DNA from: Vicugna vicugna
Lineage: Eukaryota
DNA: 64,000 nt
NCBI GenBank assembly: GCA_013265495.1
Contig: MU059171.1
Coordinates: 4,297,656-4,361,655, forward strand
Reading direction: 5' to 3'
The notes under the pieces were generated by a model that saw nothing but the letters and a program-made list of their open reading frames with translations, did no database searches and had not been told where the DNA came from. Below, piece after piece: positions 36,481-49,320 of this stretch; the stretch's first letter is position 1, and every line of letters starts with the position of its first letter. Both the position numbers and the translations under genes were made by a program.

Positions 36481-37234
36481 GCCGTGCAGACAACCCCTTC
36501 AATTTACCTCTAAAGCCGAGAGTCCCTGGCTGTTTGGGGAATGCAGTATTAGCTAGCCTTAACTGATCTGTCCACTCCAGAGGCACAAGCGCTGTTCTAA
36601 ACGTTCACATGCTTTTATTCATTTACTGCAAAGGGAAGAACTCCGTGTCCAGGCTCTTGCAATTTGGTCAACTGGAGCTCAGTAGGATGGAATTACCTAC
36701 CCTGGACGAGGGCCATGACACAGCCCCAGAAGCTACCAGATACATAATCCACAGACTTATACAGGCCTTTGGTTTTACAACCTAATTGTAAGATGAGGTC
36801 CTGTATGGGCAGAGAGATTCCGATCACAAGACTGGGGCTAGCTGAGAAAAGCTCCTCAGTACGAGGTACGAGGAGCTTTTTCTCAGAATACCATTCTGGC
36901 ATTCCATCCCTCAGTTTCCTTCCAGACCAGATCAAAATCCACCTCATCCTGGAAACCAACCTTGTATCCAGTGGCTGTGAGTGCATCAGCCACACATCAG
37001 GAGTATCCTAAAAATGTATGGAATTAGTTAACCACCACCCAATCTACCTGCCTTCTGAACGTGCAGTAACAAGCACCTGCTCATTACCAACAAGATCTAA
37101 TCAACTGAGTGACGCACAGCGTACCTGTGCCTGCAGAGCTGATGTCTTCACCTCCTCATACAGCCTTGGAGCAAGGGGCTCAACTTTCACTTACTTCAGT
37201 AAGTGAAGAAGAACACAGTATTGGGGGGTGGGGG

Positions 37235-37370
37235 AGAGGGCTGTGATACGAAGACTCAAATTGATCTGGGTTCCAAATCTGGCTCACCCATTAGCCAGGC
37301 AGCCCAGGCTAAATCAGTTAATCTCTGGAAGCTCAGGTTTTAATTTATACAATGAAAATAATAAATTAAA
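37235..37370 (+). mobile_element. MIR SINE
   Basis: gatctgggttccaaatctggctc...aaatcagttaatctctggaagctcaggtttt...atacaatgaaaataataa. Confidence 0.55.
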
Positions 37371-38031
37371 TGCAATTCCAACACAGAAGAATCATTAAGG
37401 GGTAGAGGGACTCTACCCTATCAGGTTGCCATAAAGATCTGGTGAGACAGTGAGTGAAGCTGCCCTGTCATCTGTAAAACCAGACTTGTTTTCAAGTCCA
37501 TCATCTCTAGACAGTGGTATGGACCTTGTGATGCCCAAACACCTACTGACAATGGGATGGAAAAGAAAGGAAGGAGCGTCCCTAATGGTTCCCTCTGGGA
37601 AATAAACTTCAAGAATCAGTCTTCCTTAAGATCTTCAGGCGCCTAAATGGAAATTTTAAATTGGTAACAAACACTTTTATTTCTAATGCACACGTTCAAT
37701 AGTTTTCATACTCTTCTGGTTCAGAGGAATAATCCTAAATCTAAATGAATGCCTAGAAAGAAAAAGAGAAGGGAATTCTTGTTTGTTGAAAACATACTGT
37801 GTAGCCCCCAGGTGCCTCAGTTTCCATCATTAACACTTTTCTAAAAGCTCCTTTTCCCCCGAAACTCTTCCCAGCCACACTAGAACAAACTCCAAAAATA
37901 GGTGTTACCAGTAATGCAACTATTTCTGCTACCTGCCCCAATGGCCATATTCCCTAAATGGTTCATCCTTTTTCACAGTTACCCTCTGACAACTTCAAGA
38001 AGGGTAAGTGAGCACACTGGAATGACATCAT

Positions 38032-38064
<33 letters not shown>
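38032..38064. repeat. (AC)12(AT)4 microsatellite
   Basis: Directly visible. Confidence 0.9.
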
Positions 38065-38065
<1 letters not shown>

Positions 38066-39292
38066 TTAACAAACATGTATTTTAATAAAAAAGTCTAGGG
38101 GAAGAACGGAGTAGGTTAGCTAGCCAAATGCAGATGCTTCTGACACCAACTCTATTCTAGGGGCGTATGCACAAGGGGTAGGACATAGGACACAGGAGTC
38201 GGCTGCTCCCTTCATCTTAATTCCTGTGGGTCTCATAATGTAAGCATCTCACCCACTTACGGGTGATTTAAAAGCTCTTAAATAAAAGGGTTAATTATAA
38301 CTAATCCTCAGGATTAATGAAATGTCACTGAACGTGAGCATCTCAAAAAAAAGAATCCATACAGCTTATTTTAGCCAATGTCTTTGTACTCTATGAGGCA
38401 ATAAGAAAAGAACTGGACTGGACATCAGGACTCTTGTCTCGACCTGAGTAGCCCAGGACCACACAGTACTTGCAGCTCTCCATCTATCTAGATTCCACCA
38501 TTAACAATGAAGGAGACCAAATTCATCATTCATCACCTTGTGCTCCCATAGACTACCTATCATAGAATTCAGTTTACGTTGGTTTATTATCGCTCCCCAC
38601 ATCCACACCCCAACGTCCCTCAGAGCAGGAACTGCTCCCATCACCACAGTATCCCCCGTGCCAGCACAGTACCTGGCATAATAAAATATTCAAAGAAAAG
38701 AAGAATGAGCCAACAGCCAAATGGCACAGACATTTTTCAATAACGTGACTGAACCTATCACTCAAGCTTTCCATGAGAAGGGGCAGACTTCCCGTTCCTC
38801 ACCCTGACCCTGGCCAAGATTTTAATGACCAATAAGAGCCCCAGAGGAAATCACCAAATCAGGAAGATGTGAGAGGACAGACTTATGCCAGGCACAGCTT
38901 GTATAACCAAGAGCTGGCTGTCTGATCCAATTCCTTATTTATTAATCATGATTACTGACAACCAAGAGTCTTTCTATGTTAAAAAACCAAATGTAATTGG
39001 GTCTTCTTCTACCACACACAATCCTTATTTTGAGTGGGACGGTAATATTTGAGATGCAGTATTTTACCTTCTCTCTTTCTCTTTTCACTTGCCACTGGAG
39101 AAGATGAGAACCAGAAGGTGACAGCTGTAAGAAAAGCTATAAAGGAGGCAAAGTAGCAAAGGTGTAGAGACTGGAAGCCAACGAGGTGGCCAAGGAAGAA
39201 ATTTGACAAGGCTAAAAAATGGTAGCAAAGCAAATTTGAGTGAATTAGTGAATGAAAAAGGCAACATATAGGGAGTGGCACATAGAGGAAAG

Positions 39293-39295
<3 letters not shown>

Positions 39296-39336
<41 letters not shown>
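39296..39336. repeat. (AC)20 microsatellite
   Basis: Directly visible, uninterrupted. Confidence 0.97.
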
Positions 39337-39338
<2 letters not shown>

Positions 39339-39881
39339 AGTAAGAGTTCAGGGGAATGCGGAAAGAGGTGATGGGTTTAAAAAAAGAAAATCACATAGTT
39401 GGAATGGTATTTGTCGTAGACAACTCAACCAAGTATTTGATGGCTTGAAGGTCACTGTGATCTTAGTGAATGCCCACATTTTTCTCAAAAGAGAAAAGCT
39501 ACTCTTCAATAAAAAGATTAGGGGGAAAAGGTGCTTTACTTCCAAAGAGAACTGGTACTGCAAATCCAAATTCAGCCTTCTCCCACTGAACCAGGTTTCA
39601 AGCCCAACTCTGGAAGCTTTCACCTGCAGGGTCTTATTTAATAACTGCACTTGGGTATTATTTCCACCTGATGAGGTTCAGAGGCTTAAATAAGTTGACC
39701 AAAGTCATATATACTTAACAGAGACCCTGCTCCAGATAGAATGTAAATTCCATGGAACAATCAGCCTCGAACTACACTCTCGCTAGACTGAGCTGGAGGC
39801 TGGGTTCCTAAGGGAGAGAATGTAAACAGGGCGGAGTTCTCAGCTCTGTCCGTGACTGACACCATCAAGCTCCGTCTAATT

Positions 39882-39939
39882 CATTCCTAATGAATAGTGA
39901 TGATACTGACTCACCTCCTTGGGTACTTGGGAGGAATGC
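39882..39939. promoter_or_regulatory. Candidate TEAD/AP-1 composite element
   Basis: CATTCCT 39882-39888, TGACTCA 39907-39913, AGGAATGC 39932-39939; motif match only. Confidence 0.3.
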
Positions 39940-42759
39940 CATGCATTAAAGATGGTTAATCACTTTTGCATATGTAAATGGGGCAAGTTATTATTTTCCT
40001 ACCATTTCAGACACTAGCCCAACTTGCTAACAAGTGGCCTGAGAAACACAGGTGAGGGTGGTCAGTCTGGAGTCTGAAGGCAGCCTCCAGAGAGATGGAA
40101 CTGCAGAGTGTAAAGTCATTTCAGAGAGAAAGCAGAACTTTCAGGGAACACTGACACTGAGAACTGAGGCCACATCTGTGTGTAGCCAGTAGCAGCTGGT
40201 GAGCCTCAGTGTCACACACTCCAGTTGCCAATAGGTTCCCTCTAATTTCAGCAGGAAGGAGCAGATAATTACTCCTTCTCATTTTCAAAAATCACTTCGA
40301 TATCAACAGGATCCATCAACAAGCCAATACCTCTTCAGCAAGACCCTGATGCTGAACACCCCCATCAGAGGACTTAGCATTACCCTCCTGAGATTCCCTG
40401 ATTAATTCTCCGCTCCATCGGCCCTAAGTACTTGCCCAGGTCACAGCTCAAGAAAGACTCTGATTGATTTCATGCTATGCAGTTCTGTATTACCAGCCTT
40501 GAAGGGAATCACCTTCCCCATCCCCTTAATGACTCTGTTAGCCACTGAGAACAGAAATTCCTGCCTCTTCCTTTCCCCTTCACCACCACTGGGCAAGCTA
40601 ATCACTGCTCTCCTTCATCAGCAGGCTCCTTCAAAAAGACAAGGCCATGAACTCAGGTCCAGGCAGCCTCTGCCACCTGACCATTCCAAGTAAAGGCTCG
40701 TAACCAGACAGTGCACCTACGAGGTGAGCGTGAGCTGGATGACACGGCTCACAGCCTAAGTCACAGACCCCTGGAAGGTGGGCTATTTAACTTTAGGAAA
40801 CACATTTCAAAGCCAGAAACAGAAGCTTCTCTAATGCTCTAAGGGGGGTGGGGAACACATCACAAGACTTAGCAGTAGCTGTCACTAAGCATTTTAAAAG
40901 GAAAGCGTATAAGCCCTTTCCCAGGAGCAACAGTCAAAGAAAACCCCGCAACAAACTCAATTCCGACAGACCTGAAGAGGGAACATACATTTAGGGCCGA
41001 CTCACCAATCCTCATGTTTACTAAAAACAAAGAAAACAAAAAACAGGAAACTAAAGCTCTTTACTCACTAAGTTATGGGTAATGTGACTTCCTTAGTTTG
41101 TAAGAGTCACCATCAGACTAGCAGATACCTCAGCGTTTTAAGTGATAATGAGTACAAACTGCAAATCAAAAGTAGATAGTTCACATTTTAAAAGAGATCA
41201 ACACACCAGATAAATACAGACGCTGTATTCAGTCAAACCCTAAGACAAGCATTTCAGAAGGGTCCATCTCAGCCTCAGGCCAGAGGGAATGCCTACAAAT
41301 GGGCCTCATGCAAACAAGGTGCTGGTCCCTGGGGGGCAAGTCTATAGGTCATGCCTGGGGTATCACCCTTCTTACGAAAGCTGATGGAGACTCATTCAAT
41401 GTTTCCCAGTCCGTTGCCAGCCAGTTTAAGGATATGTTGGCTCTGGACGGACTCCGAGCCCCAGCCGCTGACCTGCCCAGATGCAGCTCCTTCGGCTATT
41501 AGGAATCCTAACTCTGCGGCATCGGGAGTGGCCCTCCCCACCCTACATAGAGACATGGTCCTGGGCTGCCTTTTCCAGCTTCTGTGACTTAGGACACCTC
41601 TCCCATTCCGGTCGTGGATTACCACAGCATACTGAGGGACCAAAGCAACAGGTGGGTGCACAGTTCTCTTCTGACTGGGTCATAAGCCAATCAAGAAGGA
41701 AAACTGAAAGAAGATGGCATTTGAAAGTGCAGAACTGTCAAGTCCAAGCTCTGCTCTGGTTCTCTGACTAGGTACCCTGGCATTCAAATGCTCCTGAAAG
41801 AGCCAACGGATCCATGTGGATACCATCAGCGCCAGATCAGAGGATGCAAAATCTAGGATACAACATGCCCAGAAGGAAAAGACTCCTCTTTGCTGCCAAC
41901 TTAGGGCGACCAAGAACACAATGCATGCAACTAATTTTGTTCCTTTCCATCCTCTCAACTGTCACAAATCAGTATATCACATTTTTGTGTGGGCATTGAT
42001 CTGCTCTATCTTATTTTAAATACCCACTTCTAATGGGTCTGACCGTCGAGATCCTGATCCCATACCATACAGAATTATCTTTTGAGTCCCAACACATGAT
42101 CGTAAAACTCCTTGGGAGGAGAAATAGAACTTGTGTGACCTCTAGGACAGAGGGCAGTGGCACATGGCATTAGGATACTGGATAAAAGAGGGACAAGATA
42201 AAACAGCAGGTAGAACTAACCTGTTTATTTCAGAGTTATCTTAGAGAAGTGTATTCCAGGAGATCTAAATAAACTGCTCGTATTGAATTATGCTTTTACG
42301 TGACTCCATGAGCATACTCAGAAATGTCCCATGAATTGTCACTGTATGTACTCCAAGAGGTTAAGTTTGTCCCTCATCACATCACACAGATTGCTCTTTA
42401 CAAAGGTCCCAAAGGGAAGTTTAATAACCAGCAAAACACCACGTGTTTTTCACCTTGTGTTCACCCAACTAGGCTTACTCGCTGCCAGAGCACTGGGCCC
42501 CACTGGCAGGCCCCTCAGAGAAAGCATGGGGGTTACGTAGTTGTCAAGTCTGGTTTCACTGCCAAATCCACGTTAGGTCCCTACCTCAATCCCCTTCTTT
42601 TTCTTCCTTCTTTTCCCCACTTTTTAATTTATGCTCTTTTATAGCTTTGTAAGCTGCCTTAAATTCATTGAAACAAAACAGGGAAGAATCACAAAGGGAA
42701 ATGATTTGTTTGCCGTTTGTTATCTGTTTTAATTTAATATGGTAAAAGATTTATTAACC

Positions 42760-42875
42760 CCCCCAATATCTTCCCACCCATGTGCCAGGCACTGAAGATG
42801 GAAATAAACATTCTCCCCTCCATGCCCTCAAGGAGCCCCCTTCCAGCAGGGAGACAGATGAGCAGGTTAATTTTC
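42760..42875 (-). mobile_element. L2 LINE 3' fragment
   Basis: ccatgtgccaggcactgaagat...ccatgccctcaaggagc...cagcagggagacagat. Confidence 0.55.
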
Positions 42876-45369
42876 CATCAAGACGTCAAGTCCCTTGCCG
42901 GGAAGTCTGCCCTCCCCTGGCCCACACCTCTTCACATTCCTGCAGGGAGCACTTCGGTCCCCAGGACAAATAAACCCCCCTCACTCGCTGCAAAGGAATG
43001 ATATGTCTATGTGGCCGTCAACCTTGTGGGTCTGTGAGATCTTTAAGGCTCAGATCCACACCTTTAGTCATTTTCCTATTCTTGGCATTTAACGAAGGTC
43101 TGGCACACAGTCAATGCTCCCTCACAATAATGACCAAAAGTAATGAGCCCATGGATGAGGGAAAAAATGAATGGACAAGTGTATGAATATAAAATGTCGA
43201 AAGAGGGATAAACCAAGTGCTGCTGGGGCACAGAAACAGGAGCTGACACTGTTTCTCGGGTCAACAAGGGCCTCATGGGAGGTGAAGCTTAGGCTAGTCA
43301 TTAAGTCTGCGTAGGACTTGCTGGGCTGATTACGAGAAAACACAGGGAGGCCTGTGCAGGGAAGGGTATCTGTGGAGGGGATTTGGTGAAGAAGGGACAA
43401 AGAAAGAAAACAGAAAGGCTGGAGCAGCAGCTAAAACAGTAAGCTGAGCTAGATCACAAGGGGTCACACACACAGGGACAAACAGTTTGAACTGTTTCAC
43501 ACAAAGGAGGCAAGGAAGACCCGTAACATCAGGAGTGTGTAAGCAACTCCTACAGGGGTGTGGGAATGTGTGTGTATTTGGGGGGACAGGCAATTTTATA
43601 AATCTGGAATCTGAATTTTTTTTTAATCTAAAGCATTTTCAGTGTGGTCCAAGGCCAAAAGAGTTCTCTAGACAAATTCAAGTGTTACAATGTGGCATAC
43701 CCCTTAAGCATTCCAAATTTATAAAGGCGTTTTAATGCACCAAAGACAGTGACAGTTTATCCAGGTGAGCTTGTTTAAACAGCCCAGAGCCACAGGATTA
43801 ACTCTGCTCGGTGCCCAGTCACTCAGCTCTTCCAGTAAACCCTCTCAGACTTGGTCTCGGAGCACTCCACGTATTTCCCTGGTCCCTAAAGACGGCTATG
43901 TGCTGACAGGGCGGTCCTCTGAACCCAGCATGGGGACTAGACAGCGATGCTCACACAGTGACACCCCGGTCTTTGAATGACCAACATGCAAATGCCAGCT
44001 AATCCCAACGTAAGCAAGTGTATAAACAAACCAAAACACACAACACTGCTTGTTCACAAATGTCCACCGATGCCCAGTGTCACTGATACCACTGGGTCCC
44101 CACCCTTCCCGTGAGAAACACATCTGCCATTTAATGATGACACAGGGATGGAGCAGCTGCAAAACAGGTCTTACACTGAGAGGGACGAAAAGTCAGGGGC
44201 CAATTAAAGCCTCACCCTCGCCCCCATTCCTGTCCTCCAAACTGATACCTGGTCCTTGGTTTATACCCAGTGGAACTTCGGCAGGAGAATGAAATCATGG
44301 CACTTGGGCTGGAAATTGGCTGAGGCAGAGTAAGTGAGTATATTCCTCCTTAGACAATGCACCAGGCATTCAAATTAATGAATATTACTTGAGCACCTAC
44401 TGTATGCACAACAGACAACCCTAAGGAGTCCACCAGCACTACAGGGCACACAACGGAGCAAGACCCCCCAGGCAAAGAGGCATGGACAGAAAGGCTGAAA
44501 ACACTCAGTTCTGAAATCCGGCTTACTGCCGCCCGGCCCAAGGTGCTCTGAGGGAGATCTGACCTTGACCATGAGACCCACCACCGGACTCCTCCCTCCT
44601 CACCCCCCAGTCCCTACCCTACATCCCAGCAAATGAATCCGCTGTATCAAGTGAAAAGGCAAAAGGCAGCAACTTGATTCAACCAGTACTTCTGCAGCCT
44701 CCCAGCACACACACAGATAAGGAGTCTCTTTTGAAAAATTTAATAAAGGTGAGGGACAGGTATTTCTTCCCAGGACCTCTCCCTCCTAGAATTCTGCTAA
44801 CCCTGGTAGAAGAACAGGAACTCCTCTCTCTAATCAAAATGCAATCCATGTCCAATTACACCTACGAAATGCCACCAAAGCCCTCCCTCTCTCGGACAGT
44901 CAGCGTTGATTCCCTCTCAGTCCAATTTACTGAAGATGACTCTACTTACGGGATGAGACTTGAGAGACCACAGGCCCAAAAGCAAAAGCAAATGAACCCA
45001 AACCCTCACACAGATCTGGCATAGTGGGTAATGACACCTTCAAAGTCACTTCTCTATATGAAGGATCTGTCTCTAAAAGCACCCAAGAACATCCAAAAAG
45101 GGTTTTTCAGGCCCTGGGTGAGGGAACCCAATCTCTCAGACCCCTCTGAGAGTTTCTTCTACTCAGAGAACCTGGATGAATCAGCACCGAAGGGAGGGCC
45201 ATCATCTCAGGCTTCTCCCAACCCTTCCAATGCAACAAGTCACCAAAAACGTCCACTCAGCCCCTCCTCTCCACCTGCACGAACTTTGCTCCTGTTTCAC
45301 AGGCAGGATCTCATCTTCTCTTTGACCTGGGCTGTCCCTTACGGCCTCACATCACCACCGCTACCAACA

Positions 45370-45970
45370 ACCTGTTGCTGCCAGGTCTCAATCCTGGATG
45401 TACATCGAGATGACACAGGTAGCTCCTGAATCAGCTCTGCTGCCAGAAGTATTGAATTAGAATCCCCTGGGGATGTTATTTTAGCTAGCCTCTCCTGCAC
45501 CATTCTTCTGCCAGAGAAGTTTTCCTAAAATACAAATATAACTTTAATCATACACTCATTTTAAACCTTACTGCAGATGCCCATGCCTTCTAGGACCCAA
45601 CTACACAATAGGGCACCCACAGCCTTAACCTGCTTCTCAGGCACCTGTGCAGTCCCCTTCAATCCAGCCAGGGATCACTCTAAGGTGTCCAGACACAACA
45701 GGCTGCCTGCTTCACCCCCTCAGCCACCTGGGTCCTTCTGCTCAGATGCCTCTCTCACCAGTAACTCCATCTAATGAATGTCTACTGGTCCTTTCAAGAC
45801 CACGGCCAGCAACTTCTTCTCTGGGAAGTTTGAACAGATTTCCCCACTAGCAGAAGTCACTCTGTGTCCTCAGAGCATCGCAAACAAACTTCCAACACCA
45901 TACTTGGTTCGCTACACTGTAATTTCTCTTAAGAAACTATCTCCCAACTAATCACTAAGTTCCTTGGCAT
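45370..45970 (+). mobile_element. L2 LINE 3' region
   Basis: gccagagaagttttcctaaaatacaaat...ccttctgctcagatgcctctctc...tcctttcaagac...ttctctgggaagttt. Confidence 0.7.
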
Positions 45971-46031
45971 TTGAACTCTCCACCCATTAGCTGTATCCCC
46001 GGGTGTTCGTGAGTGTGCGTATGTATGCATG

Positions 46032-46227
46032 CAAAATGGGAATTAACATGACCCACCTGCTGTAAAGACTGAATGAGACGTTATGTAAAGTACAGGTGCT
46101 CAATCACCGGCAACAACCCCTGTGCACATTACTAACCTGCATGCTTACAGGTCAGTGGGTATGTGCACACACATCTTAGAACTGTGCCCGACACACTGCA
46201 GGTTCTCAAATAATTGTTGAATGAATG
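46032..46227 (+). mobile_element. MIR 3' piece followed by L2 3' end
   Basis: aaaatgggaattaac...gaatgagacgttatgtaaag, then gtgcccgacacactgcaggttctcaaataattgttgaatgaatg. Confidence 0.6.
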
Positions 46228-48460
46228 TAGACAGCTATAATTAATAATTAATGCATATGTATCTGCCATTCCTACTACACTGCAGATCCGCAGAAGGCAG
46301 GGACCGTGTCCCATTCATTTCTGCACCTCATCCCCCCAACTCGATAAATAATTGTTCCATTTAGTGTAACATAAAATGTTAATACAATCTCTGTGACTAT
46401 TAAGAAATCCATCCTCATCTAAGAAATCACAGACAGCCTCAGGCATCCTCCAGACCAGACCCACAGAAAGAAATAAAATACTCAGTAGGTTCGAAGCCTT
46501 CCTCCAGTATCCAAAAACCCAGACTAGTTGCCTCTGCCGGCCCCCCGCCTCAAGGCAGGGCCTGCCGCCTAACTGATGACACGCACCCCTCCTCCCCAGT
46601 CTGAGGCGCCCCAGCCCTGCTGGCCCCAGCCCTGCTGCAGCAGCTGCTCCACCTGGGAGTGGAGGGGGAGCCCGCCCTTTCAGCTCACAGCCAGTTCACC
46701 CCCAGGGGCCTGGGGGCTGCACTCGCCGGCCAAAGTGTCAGGTTACCACAAAAATAACAGCGAGCCTACACCAGGCAGGCGTGCAGGCCAAGTGCAGGAG
46801 GGAAGAGGTGAGAAAGAGAAAACCAGGAGGAAAAAAGCAGACATTTGAGTCTGAGTCAAAGAGGAACTGGGTTTTACAAAATGTACTTTAAATTCATAAG
46901 CACACCCTTAACATCACCACTTACAGCCCCTGCAATAACTCATTCATTTAGCATCCAATCCAGAGTAGCTTATATTTATATTATACTTAACTACTTTGAA
47001 TGTGCTTTTAAAAACATTATTTTAAGGCAAGAGAGGGATAGCTTTTTTTTTTTAAGTTTGCTTATTTAATACTATTTATAAAAGTCAGATTTGGGTCAAT
47101 GAAGATTTCAACAAGTATTCCCATTCAACCAACTCCTGATATTACTCAGCCTTCATTTCCTCAAAACTAAATCCAAACATGACAGAGCTACTTAGGTCTA
47201 GTGAAGAAGGGACAGGACTTCAAGAGAGAAAAGGCCAATAAAAAGTATTTATGCATTTTTTTCCCTAAAATAAAATCACAGTTCACTCCCGTGCTACCCT
47301 CGTGCAGGAACACTGCTGGCTTGATGTGGTCTGACCCAGCCTGGGTACTTCAAACAAAGTTAACTTCAATCACTGCAGGGAGTTAGCAGGTTATTGAATC
47401 TCCATCCACTGTGCTTTCATCTTGATTCACTTCACACACTACACTTCTTTAATTGGCTCCTCGCAACTGTTTTATAAGAGGGTGGGTAGAGACCCAGCCA
47501 CAAAGGAAGATGCCCTTCTTCCGCTGGGCAGGTAAGCCCCAGGCCAGGCAGTGTACTACCGGATGGGTGAAGGTTCCATTGTAATCTCTTACGTGTGAGA
47601 GCCGCGGTGAACGTCCTGGCAGGAGACGATGCTAACTCTAAGAGGCACATTAGATTCCCAGTCTGAAGGTGCTGAAAGGGAGGAAAATTAAAAAAAAAAA
47701 AATCCAAACAGAAAAGAAAAAAGAGATTCTCTATGTTTTTATTTTTTAAAAATTTAAAAACTAATCTTGATGGGGAAAGGTACCTCAATGTCACATTATT
47801 CCGTAGTTACTGATTTATGTTTCATGCTAAAATATCAAGGTTAGAAGTACTAGATGGTACAGCAGCATTGTAAATGGGACTCTATAGCAAATGCTTAAAA
47901 AGGGGGCTGGGGGACTTTAAAATGACAATCTTAGTGGCAGCCAACAGCAGCTGACAGACATGCAGACTGGCAGATTGTCTGTTTCTTTTTTTTTTAACTT
48001 TTAAGAAATAGCTCTCTCCCATTCAAATCAATAGAAACTTCAGAGAAGGAACCTATTACGAGCAGTTTGACCTCTATAAATTAAGAATGTCATATAAGCA
48101 GTGAAATGCTGGACAGTTTCATTCTGCTTTAAAACCAGTCAGTCTAATGCCCAGAAGAGAGGCTCTCATGCCCCTCTCCCCTCCGCGTGCAGTCAAGATT
48201 CACACAGCTCATGCAGGACATATCACACCGTGCAGTTATCAACCAGCATGGCCACTGCTAGAAGATCTTTAATCATCCTGATTTGTTTTTTTTTTTTTAC
48301 CATAAAAGCTCTCATTATTATCCCAGCTCTCTTTGCTTGTTCAGCGTGCCTGGTCACTTACAGGAGGATGAGAAAAACCCAGGGACGCGGCTCATCTTTC
48401 CCCAGCCGTGTCTCCCAGGGAGCATTTGTGTCCCTGCAGCGCAGTGCCACGCCACCGCAC

Positions 48461-48592
48461 NNNNNNNNNNNNNNNNNNNNNNNNNNNNNNNNNNNNNNNN
48501 NNNNNNNNNNNNNNNNNNNNNNNNNNNNNNNNNNNNNNNNNNNNNNNNNNNNNNNNNNNNNNNNNNNNNNNNNNNNNNNNNNNNNNNNNNNN
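48461..48592. other. N-run, 132 nt
   Basis: Directly visible. Confidence 0.99.
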
Positions 48593-48849
48593 AAGCCCAT
48601 TAGGGTCTCTCGGAACCCTTGCAAGTCTTGGATGCTGGGGGAGCTGGGGCACCAGCATCAAGAAGCTGACCCGGGCTCGTATTTTAATCCCACCGAGTCA
48701 GCAGCTTCCTTTATAGGTGACAACACAACCTCCAAAAGTGTTTCTCCAAGTTTAAATTCAACATACTCGGCCGCTGATAATAGCATAATTTTTAAATCTG
48801 GACTTCAGAAACATAACATTTATGGAACACTTCTAATTATAAAGTGAAT

Positions 48850-49320
48850 ACCCAGAGACGACCAAAAAAGTGGAACATACAGAAACATACACAGGAGAAA
48901 ATGAACTTTACCCACAAGCCTCCACCAAACACTGACAATAGTCAGTGCTAACAATGCATTCTGATGTATTTTCTTACCCTAATAGCATTATTATTGTTGC
49001 TGTTGTTACTATTATTCTGTCTAGTTTGGGGTTCTTCTACTGTCCACGTAACATTCTGCATTCAGCATCCCTGGGATCCTGAAATCTTTGCATTTGTGAA
49101 GTTTAAGAGGTATAGTATTCCATGTCATAAATATATTATGACTTGACTATTTCCTCAAGGTTGGACATTTAGAGTTTCCCCGACTTGTCATGTATGGTAA
49201 ACATCCTTGTAGTGATTTCCTACATACAGAAGCAGAGTCCAGGGGCAGGAATAACTTGAAGGCACTGGTGCAGACAGAGGACTTTGTGAAGACAGGGACT
49301 GTGCCCATCACATTAGAGTT
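48850..49320 (-). mobile_element. Old L1 (L1ME-like) 3' fragment
   Basis: aacatacagaaacatac...tagtattccatg...ttggacatttagagtttcc...taaacatccttgta. Confidence 0.55.

Noticed and set aside
36892-36906. CATTCT-GG-CATTCCA double MCAT
   Set aside because: Period of 8 rather than the usual 9, and the first site is imperfect.
48101-48847. 248-aa ORF on the track
   Set aside because: Its length depends on reading through an N-run; no recognisable domain, no splice structure, antisense to TEAD1.
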